Source of the DNA: Armatimonadota bacterium
GTDB lineage: Bacteria > Armatimonadota > Armatimonadia > Armatimonadales > Armatimonadaceae
DNA length: 32,287 nt
Direction of reading: 5' to 3'
Assembly: GCA_043754515.1 (NCBI GenBank)
Contig: JAYUUO010000186.1
Span: forward strand, 1-32,287
Each line of letters starts with the position of its first letter. Positions within the stretch are counted from its first letter, which is position 1. The notes below the pieces were generated by a model. The model was not told where the DNA came from and made no database searches. It was given only the letters and a program-made list of their open reading frames with translations. The position numbers and the translations under genes were made by a program. Shown here piece after piece: positions 18,152 to 26,635 of the stretch.

Positions 18152-18208
18152 CTACTTCTTGCCCTTCTTCTTATCCTTCTTGTCTTTCTTATCTTTCTTC
18201 TTAGCCAT
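18152..18208 (-). CDS. 18-aa lysine-rich micropeptide MAKKKDKKDKKDKKKGKK
   Basis: ATG at 18208 preceded by GAAAGGAGGGTAATCATC (strong SD). TAG at 18154-18152 with the terminator stem 7 nt downstream. Too short for the ORF track. Confidence 0.75.
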   Translation of the reverse strand: MAKKKDKKDKKDKKKGKK

Positions 18209-18378
18209 GATGATTACCCTCCTTTCTGACATGCGGTGCAACGTTGTCATGATGTCAACTGTGGTTCATGTACCCTTAGGCGCGGATAATAAACCGTTAA
18301 TTTTAATTAACACCTCCGTAGCCATCCACAACACCGTGAATTACCTGGCATAAAAGGTGCTAACCCGCCTTATCACCT

Positions 18379-18406
18379 ATTGTATCGCCGAAAAAACGGC
18401 TGTCAA
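18379..18406 (-). promoter_or_regulatory. Sigma70-type promoter for the micropeptide transcript
   Basis: Minus strand TTGACA (18406-18401), 16-bp spacer, TACAAT (18384-18379). Confidence 0.7.
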
Positions 18407-18981
18407 GGACGAGACGGGACAATAATGTCCCGCCGGATGCGCGGGGGCACGCATAGCTCATTCCTACCCTTCCGCCGACACCGCCGCCAACCCGCAGTCC
18501 GAGATGCCGAACCCGCATAGACGGTGCCGTCGGGGCCGAGGGTGGGCGCGCAAATCCTTGACCCGGACGAGCGAGCGGCGAACTGCCACCGGCAGTGCCC
18601 GTTAGTCGCTCCGAGGGCGGGGAGCTTGCCGTTCCCGGAGCCGATGTACACCGTGTCGTCGTGTCCTACCGCGCAATCGGCGGTCGCCCCGTCGCTGCGG
18701 CCGATGGGCACCTCCCACACCGGCTTCCCGGTGCGCTCGGAGAAGGCATACAGGCTCCGGCGGACGGACAACACGAACGCCAGCCGCGCGTCGCGGTGCC
18801 ACGAGCCGACGACGGGCGAGGAGTAGATGGGGCCGTCCGTGGGCGCGTGCCATCGCAGACGGAGCCGGTGATGACCGGCGGCGCGGCGTCCTTTGGCGTC
18901 CCCCGCCCACAGATTCGAGTTCGCGAGGTCGCCGTGACTTTCGCGCCACAGGGGTACGTTTTCGGTGTCGGTTGGCGTACT
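18403..18981 (-). pseudogene. Truncated PQQ-binding-like beta-propeller remnant
   Basis: One open frame encodes WRESHGDLANS, LRWHAPTDGPIYSSPVVG, LYAFSERTGKPVW, VYIGSGNGKL..L....G..RWQF and PTLGPDGTVYAGS. It is closed upstream by TAA (18984-18982), has no start codon before the first repeats, and contains only about 3-4 blades. Confidence 0.6.
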
Positions 18982-19266
18982 TTATCCTTGGATCAACCTG
19001 AGTTCATGGGGCCGTCTGTGCCAGGACCGGAGCCGGAGTGAACCCCATTCACCGGATGCAGCTTCATAATACGCTCTCGCAGTCTTGTATCTGAAGTAGG
19101 GCACCATACCATGCCAGGACGAATCTATATGACTTGCTGTCTGGTGAAAAAGGTTCACTCCACGCCTCCCGAGTCGGCACTTTAGCCCGCGCTCAACCCG
19201 AACTCGCGTTATTTCAGGGCGCGTCGAAAATAGTTTCCAAAAATGGCCTGATTCCGCCGCGCCGCC

Positions 19267-19293
19267 TGTCACATAATATGTCAGAGGTACGTT
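19267..19293 (+). promoter_or_regulatory. Putative ECF-sigma promoter upstream of the TPR-peptide-ECF cassette
   Basis: TGTCACA (19267-19273), 16-bp spacer, CGTT (19290-19293). Close to the TGTCACA-N16-CGTC consensus I recall for ECF41-type sigmas. Confidence 0.55.
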
Positions 19294-19336
19294 TATAAGG
19301 GAAAGCCTCGCTCCGAGGCAGGAGACATGACAGCCA

Positions 19337-20170
19337 ATGTGGGAATGGTACAGCAAAGCAAACGCGCCCGTGCCGGTCCAGGAAAAGAAGTCCTGCGCCG
19401 CGCTCTCGTTCCGCGTCACCCGCGAAGGGAAACTGATGCCGATACCGCCCGAACAGATCGTCCCGTCCGACCTACCCGCCGGCGCCTACCCGCGTCACAT
19501 AGTCACCGACGACCTCCCGACCGGCGAGCAGACGCTTTCCGCCCGGTTCTTCGAGCGCAACCCGGCCCACCTGATCGGGCGGCGCACCGGGAGCGGGGTC
19601 TGGCCCGACGATTCGCCGGACGCCCAGGCCGTGCGCTCCTTCGAGGCGGGCCAGACCGCGCTGTACCAGGATAAGGACCCCGTGGCCGCGATCACGGCGT
19701 ACGAAGCCGCCGTGGAGCGGGACGCCGGGTATATCAAGGCGTGGGTCGCGCTGGCGATCTCGTACATCACTGACAACACGCCGGGGTCGCTCGACCGCGC
19801 GACCGAAGTCCTTTCGTTCCTCGCCGAACTCGCGCCGAGCGATTGGCTGACCGAGGAGGCGAGCGGCATCGTCCACCAGAACCGGGCGTACCTGTCCGTC
19901 CACCGGTTCCGGCAGGGCGGCGAAACCGACGCGACGCTTCTGGCCGACGCCGACGCCGACTACCGCGTCTGCGACGCGCGCACCGCGCCGGAGCGGGAGC
20001 GTCTAGAATACCTATGCCCGTGGGCGTACGTGAAACTGTGTCTGCGCGAAACGGAGTCCGCCCGCGCCTTGTGGGAGCGCGCTGCCGCCCGCGCGGACGT
20101 CCTGAACGCTTCCGGCATTCTCGCCGAGTACGCCGCGAAATACGCGCCTTTACGAACTCTAATGAACTAA
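19337..20170 (+). CDS. Cytoplasmic TPR-repeat protein with unknown ~90-aa N-terminal domain
   Basis: TPR-like helical pairs: AVRSFEAGQTALY..KDPVAAITAYEAAVERDAGYIKAWVALAISY, GIVHQNRAYL, YLCPWAYVKLCLRETESARALWERA. No signal peptide or TM. AGGAG upstream. Confidence 0.8.
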   Translation: MWEWYSKANAPVPVQEKKSCAALSFRVTREGKLMPIPPEQIVPSDLPAGAYPRHIVTDDLPTGEQTLSARFFERNPAHLIGRRTGSGVWPDDSPDAQAVRSFEAGQTALYQDKDPVAAITAYEAAVERDAGYIKAWVALAISYITDNTPGSLDRATEVLSFLAELAPSDWLTEEASGIVHQNRAYLSVHRFRQGGETDATLLADADADYRVCDARTAPERERLEYLCPWAYVKLCLRETESARALWERAAARADVLNASGILAEYAAKYAPLRTLMN

Positions 20171-20205
20171 ATCGATCCCGCCCACGTCTGATAAAGAAGA
20201 AAACC

Positions 20206-20376
20206 ATGAAAAATAACACCGTTCTTAAAACAGCGTTTATCGCCGCCGTTGTCGCCGTCGCCGCTCTCTGCGGCACCGTCCGCCCTGTATTAGCCGACCT
20301 GACCGGACCCAAGCCACCGAAGGTGATCGCGGACAGCCCGGTGTTCGTCTCCCAGGCACAGGCGGAAACCCGCTAG
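20206..20376 (+). CDS. 56-aa secreted peptide (candidate signalling propeptide)
   Basis: MKNNTVLKTAFIAAVVAVAALCGTVRPVLA|DLTGPKPPKVIADSPVFVSQAQAETR: basic n-region, hydrophobic h-region, P-V-L-A cleavage site. It is hidden at the 3' end of the track ORF 19843-20376. Confidence 0.75.
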   Translation: MKNNTVLKTAFIAAVVAVAALCGTVRPVLADLTGPKPPKVIADSPVFVSQAQAETR

Positions 20377-20440
20377 CACCCACCGGACATTTAGAACGCG
20401 TCGCCCGCGCGACCACAACGAGGAGGCGAAATAAAAAGCG

Positions 20441-21187
20441 ATGAGTGCCAACAATAATAACCCGATCACGAACGACACAAACCGACGCCCCGGCGGCGCG
20501 GTATTAGTCGGCCTCGCCGCCCTGCGTAGCCGCGTCATTGACGGCGCGGGCGCGGCGGTTTCCGCGCCCGAGACCGCGACGCCGCGCCGCGCCACGAACG
20601 CCGAACTGCTCGCCCGCACCCGGAACGGCAAGACGGAAGGGGAGAAGAACCGCGCCGCCGAGGAGTTGCGACGGCGTGTCAAGACCCTGTGCGCCGCCGC
20701 GCTGGACCGCTACACCGGCCACCTGACCGCCCAGGAAGCCGACGACCTTACGCAGGACGTGATGGTGCGATTGCTGTGTGCGGGCGACGAAAATGCGCCG
20801 GGGGAGATCACGCCCGCTTATGTCCAGCGGGTAGCTGTGAACCTGCTGATTGACAAGCGCCGCCATCTGGACCGGCGCGGCTTGAACAAGCCGGGGATCT
20901 CCGTGGACGATTCCGAGGCCGCCATCGCCGTCCCCGACCCGCGACCCACTCCCGCCGAGACGGCCGCGTCGAAGTTCCAGGAATACCAGTTGCACGCCGC
21001 TATCGCGAAAACGCTCTCGCCGACCGAGGCAAAGGTGGTCTGGCTACGCGTCGCTGGTGACCTGAGCCATGCCGAAATCGCCGAGGAACTAGGCATCAAA
21101 GAGGCGAACGCCCGCAAGCATTACGAGCGCGGCTTGAAGCGGTTGCGCGGGCAGGTCGAGGCGGGGGCGTTCGCGACGGTCATCTAG
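20441..21187 (+). CDS. ECF-family RNA polymerase sigma-70 factor
   Basis: Region 2: QEADDLTQDVMVRL and YVQRVAVNLLIDKRR. Region 4: LSPTEAKVVWLRVAGDLSHAEIAEELGIKEANARKHYERGLKRLR. AGGAGG upstream. Confidence 0.92.
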   Translation: MSANNNNPITNDTNRRPGGAVLVGLAALRSRVIDGAGAAVSAPETATPRRATNAELLARTRNGKTEGEKNRAAEELRRRVKTLCAAALDRYTGHLTAQEADDLTQDVMVRLLCAGDENAPGEITPAYVQRVAVNLLIDKRRHLDRRGLNKPGISVDDSEAAIAVPDPRPTPAETAASKFQEYQLHAAIAKTLSPTEAKVVWLRVAGDLSHAEIAEELGIKEANARKHYERGLKRLRGQVEAGAFATVI

Positions 21188-22472
21188 CCGCCGCGACATC
21201 CCGCTCGGTCGCGCTCCATATCCAGAGCGAGAGGGCGACGAAGAAGGTAAGCCCGGCGGCGACGCGGATCGTTGGGAGCACGCCGTAATAGTGGGCGAGG
21301 AAGCCCAGTATCAGACCGCCGAGCGGCATCAGGGCGTTGGCGACCAGCGAGTACATCGCCATCACGCGCCCACGCAATTCGTTCGGCACCTCCGTTTGTA
21401 CCTTCGTATTGGCCGTGGTCGTAAAGATGACCATACCGATACCGGCGGCGAAAAGGCAGACGAGCGCGGACAAAAACGCGGTCTGGAACGAGAGCAGAAG
21501 CAGGGCGGCGCAGAACGCGCTCGCCCCGCCGTAGACCAGGTACCGCCCCCGCACGAGGCTCCCGAGCGTGACCACGGTGACGCCGCCTATCGTCGCGCCG
21601 ATGCCGTTCACCGTGACCAGCGTACTGAATCCGCTCGCGCCGCCGCGATACGCCGCCGCCAGCACCGGGTACAACGTGGACACCGAGAGCACCAGCAGAC
21701 TCGCGACCCCAGTCAGGAGTGTCACCCGAAGCAGGCTCCCCATCCCGATCAGAAACCGCGCGCCTTCCCACGGTGATACCGCCCCGCCCACACGCTGGTT
21801 CTCCTTCGCCCGCGCCTCGCGCATCAGGGACAGCGAGACGATCACGGCGATGAACGAGATGCCGTTAAGCAGGAAGCACCAGGGCGCGCCGAGTTTGACC
21901 AGCGTGACGCCCGCGAACATCGGGCCTAGAAAACGCGCCAGATTGAAGCGGAGCGAGTTAAGCGCGATGGCGTTCGGCACTGCTTTCGGGTCATCCACCA
22001 TCTCGGTCACAAACGCTTGTTGCGCGGGCATATTAAACGCGTTGACGATCGCGCCCAGTCCGGCGAACACGGCGACATGCCACGCGGCTATCGGCACGAG
22101 CCGGTTGGTCGCCAGCAACGCCAGCACGAACGCGAGTAGCATCGCCACGGTCTGTGTCCAGAGTAGGATGGCGCGGCGTGGGTGCCGATCCGCGACGGAG
22201 CCGCCCCAGAAGGCGAAGATCACATAGGGTAGCGCGGTCGCCCCGGACACGACGCCCAGCCAGACCGCCGAGTGGGTCAGTTCGTACACGAGCCACTGTT
22301 GCGCTACCATCTGCATCCACGTGCCCGCGACGGAGATGAGTTGCCCGAAAAAAAACAGCCTGAAGTTCGGGAAGGAGAAGGCGTACAAAGACCCGCCCGG
22401 CGCGAGGATGTCGGGCGGGTGGCGCGCTTCGGGGAGGTCTGTCGCGGGGTGGGGGTGGGGGTGGTCTGCCAT
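21180..22472 (-). CDS. MFS transporter (EntS/macrolide-efflux-like, MFS_3)
   Basis: NFRLFFFGQLISVAGTWMQMVAQQWLVYELT, GGSVADRHPRR, NAIALNS..FNLARFLGP, VPNELRGRVMA; about 12 hydrophobic segments. Confidence 0.92.
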   Translation of the reverse strand: MADHPHPHPATDLPEARHPPDILAPGGSLYAFSFPNFRLFFFGQLISVAGTWMQMVAQQWLVYELTHSAVWLGVVSGATALPYVIFAFWGGSVADRHPRRAILLWTQTVAMLLAFVLALLATNRLVPIAAWHVAVFAGLGAIVNAFNMPAQQAFVTEMVDDPKAVPNAIALNSLRFNLARFLGPMFAGVTLVKLGAPWCFLLNGISFIAVIVSLSLMREARAKENQRVGGAVSPWEGARFLIGMGSLLRVTLLTGVASLLVLSVSTLYPVLAAAYRGGASGFSTLVTVNGIGATIGGVTVVTLGSLVRGRYLVYGGASAFCAALLLLSFQTAFLSALVCLFAAGIGMVIFTTTANTKVQTEVPNELRGRVMAMYSLVANALMPLGGLILGFLAHYYGVLPTIRVAAGLTFFVALSLWIWSATERDVAAAR

Positions 22473-22588
22473 AATACCGCCGTTTTACCCGATTTACGCC
22501 CCCCCATCGTGCGCAGGACGAAACGGATCCGCGCGGACGGCGAGCCGCGTCCGTCGCGACCGAGTGGGGACCGTTCCGCCACCCGTCC

Positions 22589-25500
22589 CTAACCGCCCGC
22601 CGCGAACGACGACAGCGCGAGTACGACGCGATCCCATTCCATGCGTACTGCGTCTAGTTCCCCGCGTCCGGGAAGGACGCCTGTAAATGCCGCCCGTTCA
22701 ACACTCTCGCACAGGATCGCCAGCATTTCCGCCCCGATGGTCTCGCTACTGCCCCGCAGTGTATGAGCGGCGGCCCGCGCTGCGGTCGCGTCGCCCGCCG
22801 CGCCCATGGCGATGAGGAGCGTCGGGACGCTGTCCCGGTAGTCGGCGATCACTTCGGCGATCACTTCGGCGTCGTCCCCGCACGACTCCCGTAGGCGCGC
22901 CGCGTTGAATGAGGGCCGGGCCGGGCGAACTACTTCACCGTCCTTGCCCGCCCCGACTGGCGGGGCGGGGCGGGGAACCAGCCACTTTTGTAGCACCGTT
23001 TTGAACGCGTCCGGGCGGACTGGTTTCGCCAGGTAGTCGCTCATGCCGGAGGCGAGGCAACGCTCGCGGTCACCCGTCATCGCATGCGCGGTCAGAGCGA
23101 TGATGGGGACCGGTTTCGCGCCGCGCGCCTCTTCGTCATCCCGTATCCGCGCGGTCGCGGTCAGTCCGTCCATCTCCGGCATCTGCACATCCATCAGCAC
23201 GATATCGAACTCGTCTGGTGTCCCCGCCACCTCGCCGAGTTTTTCCACCGCCAGCCGCCCGTTCTCCACCGCCATCGTGTCGGCGCATCCCCATTTGGCG
23301 AGGAGCGCGAGCGCCACCTTCTGGTTCACCGGGTTGTCCTCCGCGATCAGGACGCGCACGCCCGCGAGAAACATGCCGCCGCTCACACCGATGCCACCCG
23401 CCGTTTTCGCCGCCACGAGTTCGGTCGCCGCGGGGGTGCCCACCGGGGTAAACGTCTCGTCGCGTGCGAGGGCGGCCAGTACCCCCGTAAGCAGATCCGC
23501 CTGCCGTAGCGGTTTTGACAGCACCGTCGCGAACAGCCCGCTGTCGCCCGCCGCGCCGCGCCCGTACTCGCGCGCGGCGAAGCCCGAAGATAGGAGCACG
23601 ATGGGCAGTTCGCCGAACCGAGGGTCTCCCTTGATTAGTTGCGCGGTGGTCTTCCCGTCCATGCCCGGCATGTGCATATCCATGATCGTGAGCGCGAACC
23701 CATCCGGGTCGCTCCCGCTCCCGCCCGTGCTTTGCAACAGCCGGATACCGTCCATGCCATTTTCCGCCTCGTCCACGCGCGCCCCCCACGCCGTGAACTG
23801 CTCGCGCAGGAGGCGGCGGTTCGCGGGGATGTCGTCTATCACCAACACCCGCCGCTGCTTCAGCAGGTTCTCCACCCGGCGCACCCGGTCCTTGTCCAAG
23901 AGCGAGGCTATCGCCTGGGCGGATATGGCGACCGCCGCCAGATTGAGATCGGTCTCGACCCGAAGGGGAACCTCCAGCGTGAACGTGCTGCCGATCCCGA
24001 CCGCGCTCGTCACGGAAACGTCGCCGCCCATTAGTTGCGCGAGTTGCCGGGAGATCGTCAGCCCCAGCCCGGTGCCCCCGAACTTACGGGTCGTGGTCGC
24101 GTCCGCCTGGGTGAAACTCTGAAATATAGCCTCCTGTCGCTCCAGCGTAATCCCGATGCCTGTGTCCGCGACCACGAAGCGCGGGTGGAGGATGTTCCCA
24201 TCGTCGTCCTCATCGAGCGGCGGGGCGGAGACGGTGACCTCGATGTGACCGGACTCGGTGAACTTAACGGCGTTCCCGCCCAGGTTCAACAGTATCTGCC
24301 GCAACCGGCCCGGGTCGCCCCGCAGGATGGGCGGCAGAAAGGGAGACACGGAGCAGGTGATCTCGATCCCTTTCTCCATGGCGCGCGGCGCGAGCAGTTC
24401 GGCGGTCTCCTCCACCAGGGTGCGCAACACGAACGGCACGTCGTCCATCTCCAGGTTGCCCGATTCGATCTTAGACAGGTCTAAAACGTCGTTGATGATC
24501 CCCAAGAGTGCCTCCGACGAAGTGCGGATCGTGCGCGTATACTCCTGTTGCTCCGGCGTCAGAGTGGTTTCCTCGAGAAGCCCGGTCATCCCGATCACGC
24601 CGTTCATCGGGGTGCGTATCTCGTGACTCATGTTGGCCAGGAACTGGGATTTGGCGCGGGCCGACGAGACAGCGATGTCGCGCGCCTTTTCCACCTCGGC
24701 GGTTTGCCGCTTTAGTGCTTCCGCCTGCGCCTTCAGCACCCGCGCCTGCGCCTTCGACTCGGCCTCGGCCCGCTTCTGCTCGGTGACGTCGGTGTGCGAT
24801 CCGGAGAGCCGGACGACCGCGTTCGCCCCGTCACAGAACGCGATCGCGTTGACCCAGACCCAGCGGAACGTCCCGCTCCTGGACCGGAGCCGGTACTCGT
24901 CGGCGTACTCGTTGTCGCACATCGAATCGCCCGTCACCCCCGCCGCCTCCGGCAGGGCGCGCACGGCGGGGAACGGGTTCGGGGTGCCGCCGCACAAGAG
25001 GAGAAAGGCGGCAAGTTTCTCCGCCACCCGGTCGTAGTCTTCGGGGTGGATCAGCTGTTGCCAGGTCTGCACCGTGTCGCCGAACTCCTCCTCGGCGTAC
25101 CCGAGCATCGCCTTCGACTGCGGCGAGATATACGCCCTGCCCGTGCGCATATCCCACTCCCACAAGCCGTCGCGCGAGCCGCGCACCGTCCGCCGCAGAC
25201 GCGCCTCGGCTTCACGCAGAGCGCGGATCGTGTCGCGCATCTCGATCTCGACCATCACGGACTGCGCTAGTTCCGTCAGGACGGCGATGTCATCGTCCGT
25301 CCACTGGCGCGGCACGTTATCTATGACGCAGAGTGACCCGAGCGTCTGCGAGCCGTCCCTAGATGTAATGGGGGCACCGAGATAGGCGACTGCGTCCAGA
25401 TCGCGTATCGCCTCGTTGCCGCTGAAACGGGCGTCCGTCGGCACGTTGCCGATGGCGAGGGGACCACGCTGGGCGACGACATGCTGGCAGAACGAATGTG

Positions 25501-25768
25501 AAAGCGGCGTTTCCCGCGCGGTCGCCCACGGCTCCTGCAAACCGAGCGAGGACTTGAAGAACTGCCGATCCGAATCCACCAGAGTGATAAGTGAAATCGG
25601 GGCGTTGAAGATACGGGCGGCGAGCCGCGTCATGCGGTCGAAGCCTCCCTCCGGCGGCGTATCGAGGAGTCCGGACTCCCGGAGCGCATCAAGCCGGGCG
25701 GGGTCGGAAATGGCATCTACAACGGCCTGGTCGGCTCCGAACGGGGGGGATACTAATTCTTGCGACAT
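22589..25768 (-). CDS. Cytoplasmic hybrid sensor histidine kinase GAF-PAS-HisKA-HATPase-REC-REC-Hpt
   Basis: GAF ([25 protein letters not shown]), PAS (DGLWEWD, IHPED), [33 protein letters not shown], two receiver domains ([20 protein letters not shown]), Hpt AHTLRGSS. Start set at ATG 25768. Confidence 0.95.
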   Translation of the reverse strand: MSQELVSPPFGADQAVVDAISDPARLDALRESGLLDTPPEGGFDRMTRLAARIFNAPISLITLVDSDRQFFKSSLGLQEPWATARETPLSHSFCQHVVAQRGPLAIGNVPTDARFSGNEAIRDLDAVAYLGAPITSRDGSQTLGSLCVIDNVPRQWTDDDIAVLTELAQSVMVEIEMRDTIRALREAEARLRRTVRGSRDGLWEWDMRTGRAYISPQSKAMLGYAEEEFGDTVQTWQQLIHPEDYDRVAEKLAAFLLLCGGTPNPFPAVRALPEAAGVTGDSMCDNEYADEYRLRSRSGTFRWVWVNAIAFCDGANAVVRLSGSHTDVTEQKRAEAESKAQARVLKAQAEALKRQTAEVEKARDIAVSSARAKSQFLANMSHEIRTPMNGVIGMTGLLEETTLTPEQQEYTRTIRTSSEALLGIINDVLDLSKIESGNLEMDDVPFVLRTLVEETAELLAPRAMEKGIEITCSVSPFLPPILRGDPGRLRQILLNLGGNAVKFTESGHIEVTVSAPPLDEDDDGNILHPRFVVADTGIGITLERQEAIFQSFTQADATTTRKFGGTGLGLTISRQLAQLMGGDVSVTSAVGIGSTFTLEVPLRVETDLNLAAVAISAQAIASLLDKDRVRRVENLLKQRRVLVIDDIPANRRLLREQFTAWGARVDEAENGMDGIRLLQSTGGSGSDPDGFALTIMDMHMPGMDGKTTAQLIKGDPRFGELPIVLLSSGFAAREYGRGAAGDSGLFATVLSKPLRQADLLTGVLAALARDETFTPVGTPAATELVAAKTAGGIGVSGGMFLAGVRVLIAEDNPVNQKVALALLAKWGCADTMAVENGRLAVEKLGEVAGTPDEFDIVLMDVQMPEMDGLTATARIRDDEEARGAKPVPIIALTAHAMTGDRERCLASGMSDYLAKPVRPDAFKTVLQKWLVPRPAPPVGAGKDGEVVRPARPSFNAARLRESCGDDAEVIAEVIADYRDSVPTLLIAMGAAGDATAARAAAHTLRGSSETIGAEMLAILCESVERAAFTGVLPGRGELDAVRMEWDRVVLALSSFAAGG

Positions 25769-26035
25769 AACTTGTTCAGGTCCCCCGGCGGGCGAGCGCG
25801 ATCTGATCAAGCAGTGGCGGCATGGGGAACAATTCCGGGGATATTCTATCGCGAATTGGGCGGTAGATGTTCAAATCATCCCCCGATAACAGGGCGATTG
25901 CGCCCTTTCACATAGGCAGAGCCTCGGTCGTGCCGACTCCGTATTTTCCGATCCGCTAACCGTGGAAGTACGTCGCGCGGGCAGAGTCACCGGGGCACCT
26001 GCCGTCATGCGCCACCGGGGTACAGCGGTAAGTCG

Positions 26036-26126
26036 AGCGCATCTAAATAGTCGGCCACCCGCGTTCGGTTGATCACCCCGACCGCCCGACGAACCGAACG
26101 CGGGTGGCCGACAATTTAGATGCGCT
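26036..26126. repeat. 35-bp inverted repeat with 21-nt spacer
   Basis: AGCGCATCTAAATAGTCGGCCACCCGCGTTCGGTT (26036-26070) versus 26092-26126, one mismatch. Confidence 0.85.
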
Positions 26127-26203
26127 TGCCCGGAGTATAGCAACTCCGTGCTTGTCCGCGCCCCAACAGGGATATGGGATAACACCGCGAAAGGACAACT
26201 CCT

Positions 26204-26635
26204 ATGACCAACGCTTTATGTTGCTCGTGCAGCGAAATCAAGCACGGCGCGCTCAACCCGTGCCCGCGTTGCGGCGCGGAGGCGACCGGCAACACGACCC
26301 TGAACATCAACTTCAGCGATCACTTCCTGGTACTCACCACGCTGGAGCAGTTCGGCGCGATCATCAAAACTATCAACCGGGCCACGGACGATCCCCAATT
26401 GCGGTTCTATACCTTTATCGAGTACGTGTTCGAGCATCACCCGACGATCCTCACCTACGCCCCGTCCGCGCCCGTCGCCGAACGCATATGGGCGTTGCTT
26501 TCCGGGATGTCGCTACCCTCCGTGGAGATCGTGCCGGGGTACCGCGTGCGCAACGAAGGCGAGAAGCGCGATAAAGCCGCCGAGCGTGACGACGGGAAGC
26601 CGCCCTGGTGGCAGTTCTGGGGACGCGGCTCGTGA
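26204..26635 (+). CDS. Hypothetical protein with N-terminal CxxC...CxxC zinc ribbon and C-terminal KPPWWQFW tail
   Basis: CCSC...CPRCG, AAGGA RBS, terminal KPPWWQFWGR motif. Confidence 0.8.
   Translation: MTNALCCSCSEIKHGALNPCPRCGAEATGNTTLNINFSDHFLVLTTLEQFGAIIKTINRATDDPQLRFYTFIEYVFEHHPTILTYAPSAPVAERIWALLSGMSLPSVEIVPGYRVRNEGEKRDKAAERDDGKPPWWQFWGRGS

Noticed and set aside
18230..18258. Second minus-strand TTGACA (18258-18253) as a proximal promoter
   Set aside because: There is no acceptable -10 hexamer at 16-18 bp spacing.
18159..18353. Plus-strand hydrophobic ORFs (MPFFLSFLSFLSFF..., LLLALLLILLVFLIFLL) as membrane peptides or type I toxins
   Set aside because: They are the antisense shadow of the Lys codons. 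The SD, promoter and terminator U-tract all point to the minus strand.
18982..19419. 145-aa minus-strand ORF in frame with the propeller remnant (possible stop readthrough)
   Set aside because: It has no signal peptide or family motif, overlaps the TPR gene start and promoter, and has atypical composition.
19843..20205. 177-aa track ORF 19843-20376
   Set aside because: The 5' part is an Arg/Pro-rich off-frame overlap of the TPR gene. Only the portion from ATG 20206 looks real.
21180..22472. MFS transporter as the importer/exporter of the candidate signalling peptide
   Set aside because: It is convergent, separately transcribed and belongs to a widespread family. Adjacency alone is insufficient.
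23043..24122. Long antisense ORFs (e.g. 359 aa here, and 9657-10586, 8458-9348, 31034-31870)
   Set aside because: These are typical shadow ORFs opposite well-supported genes in high-GC DNA.
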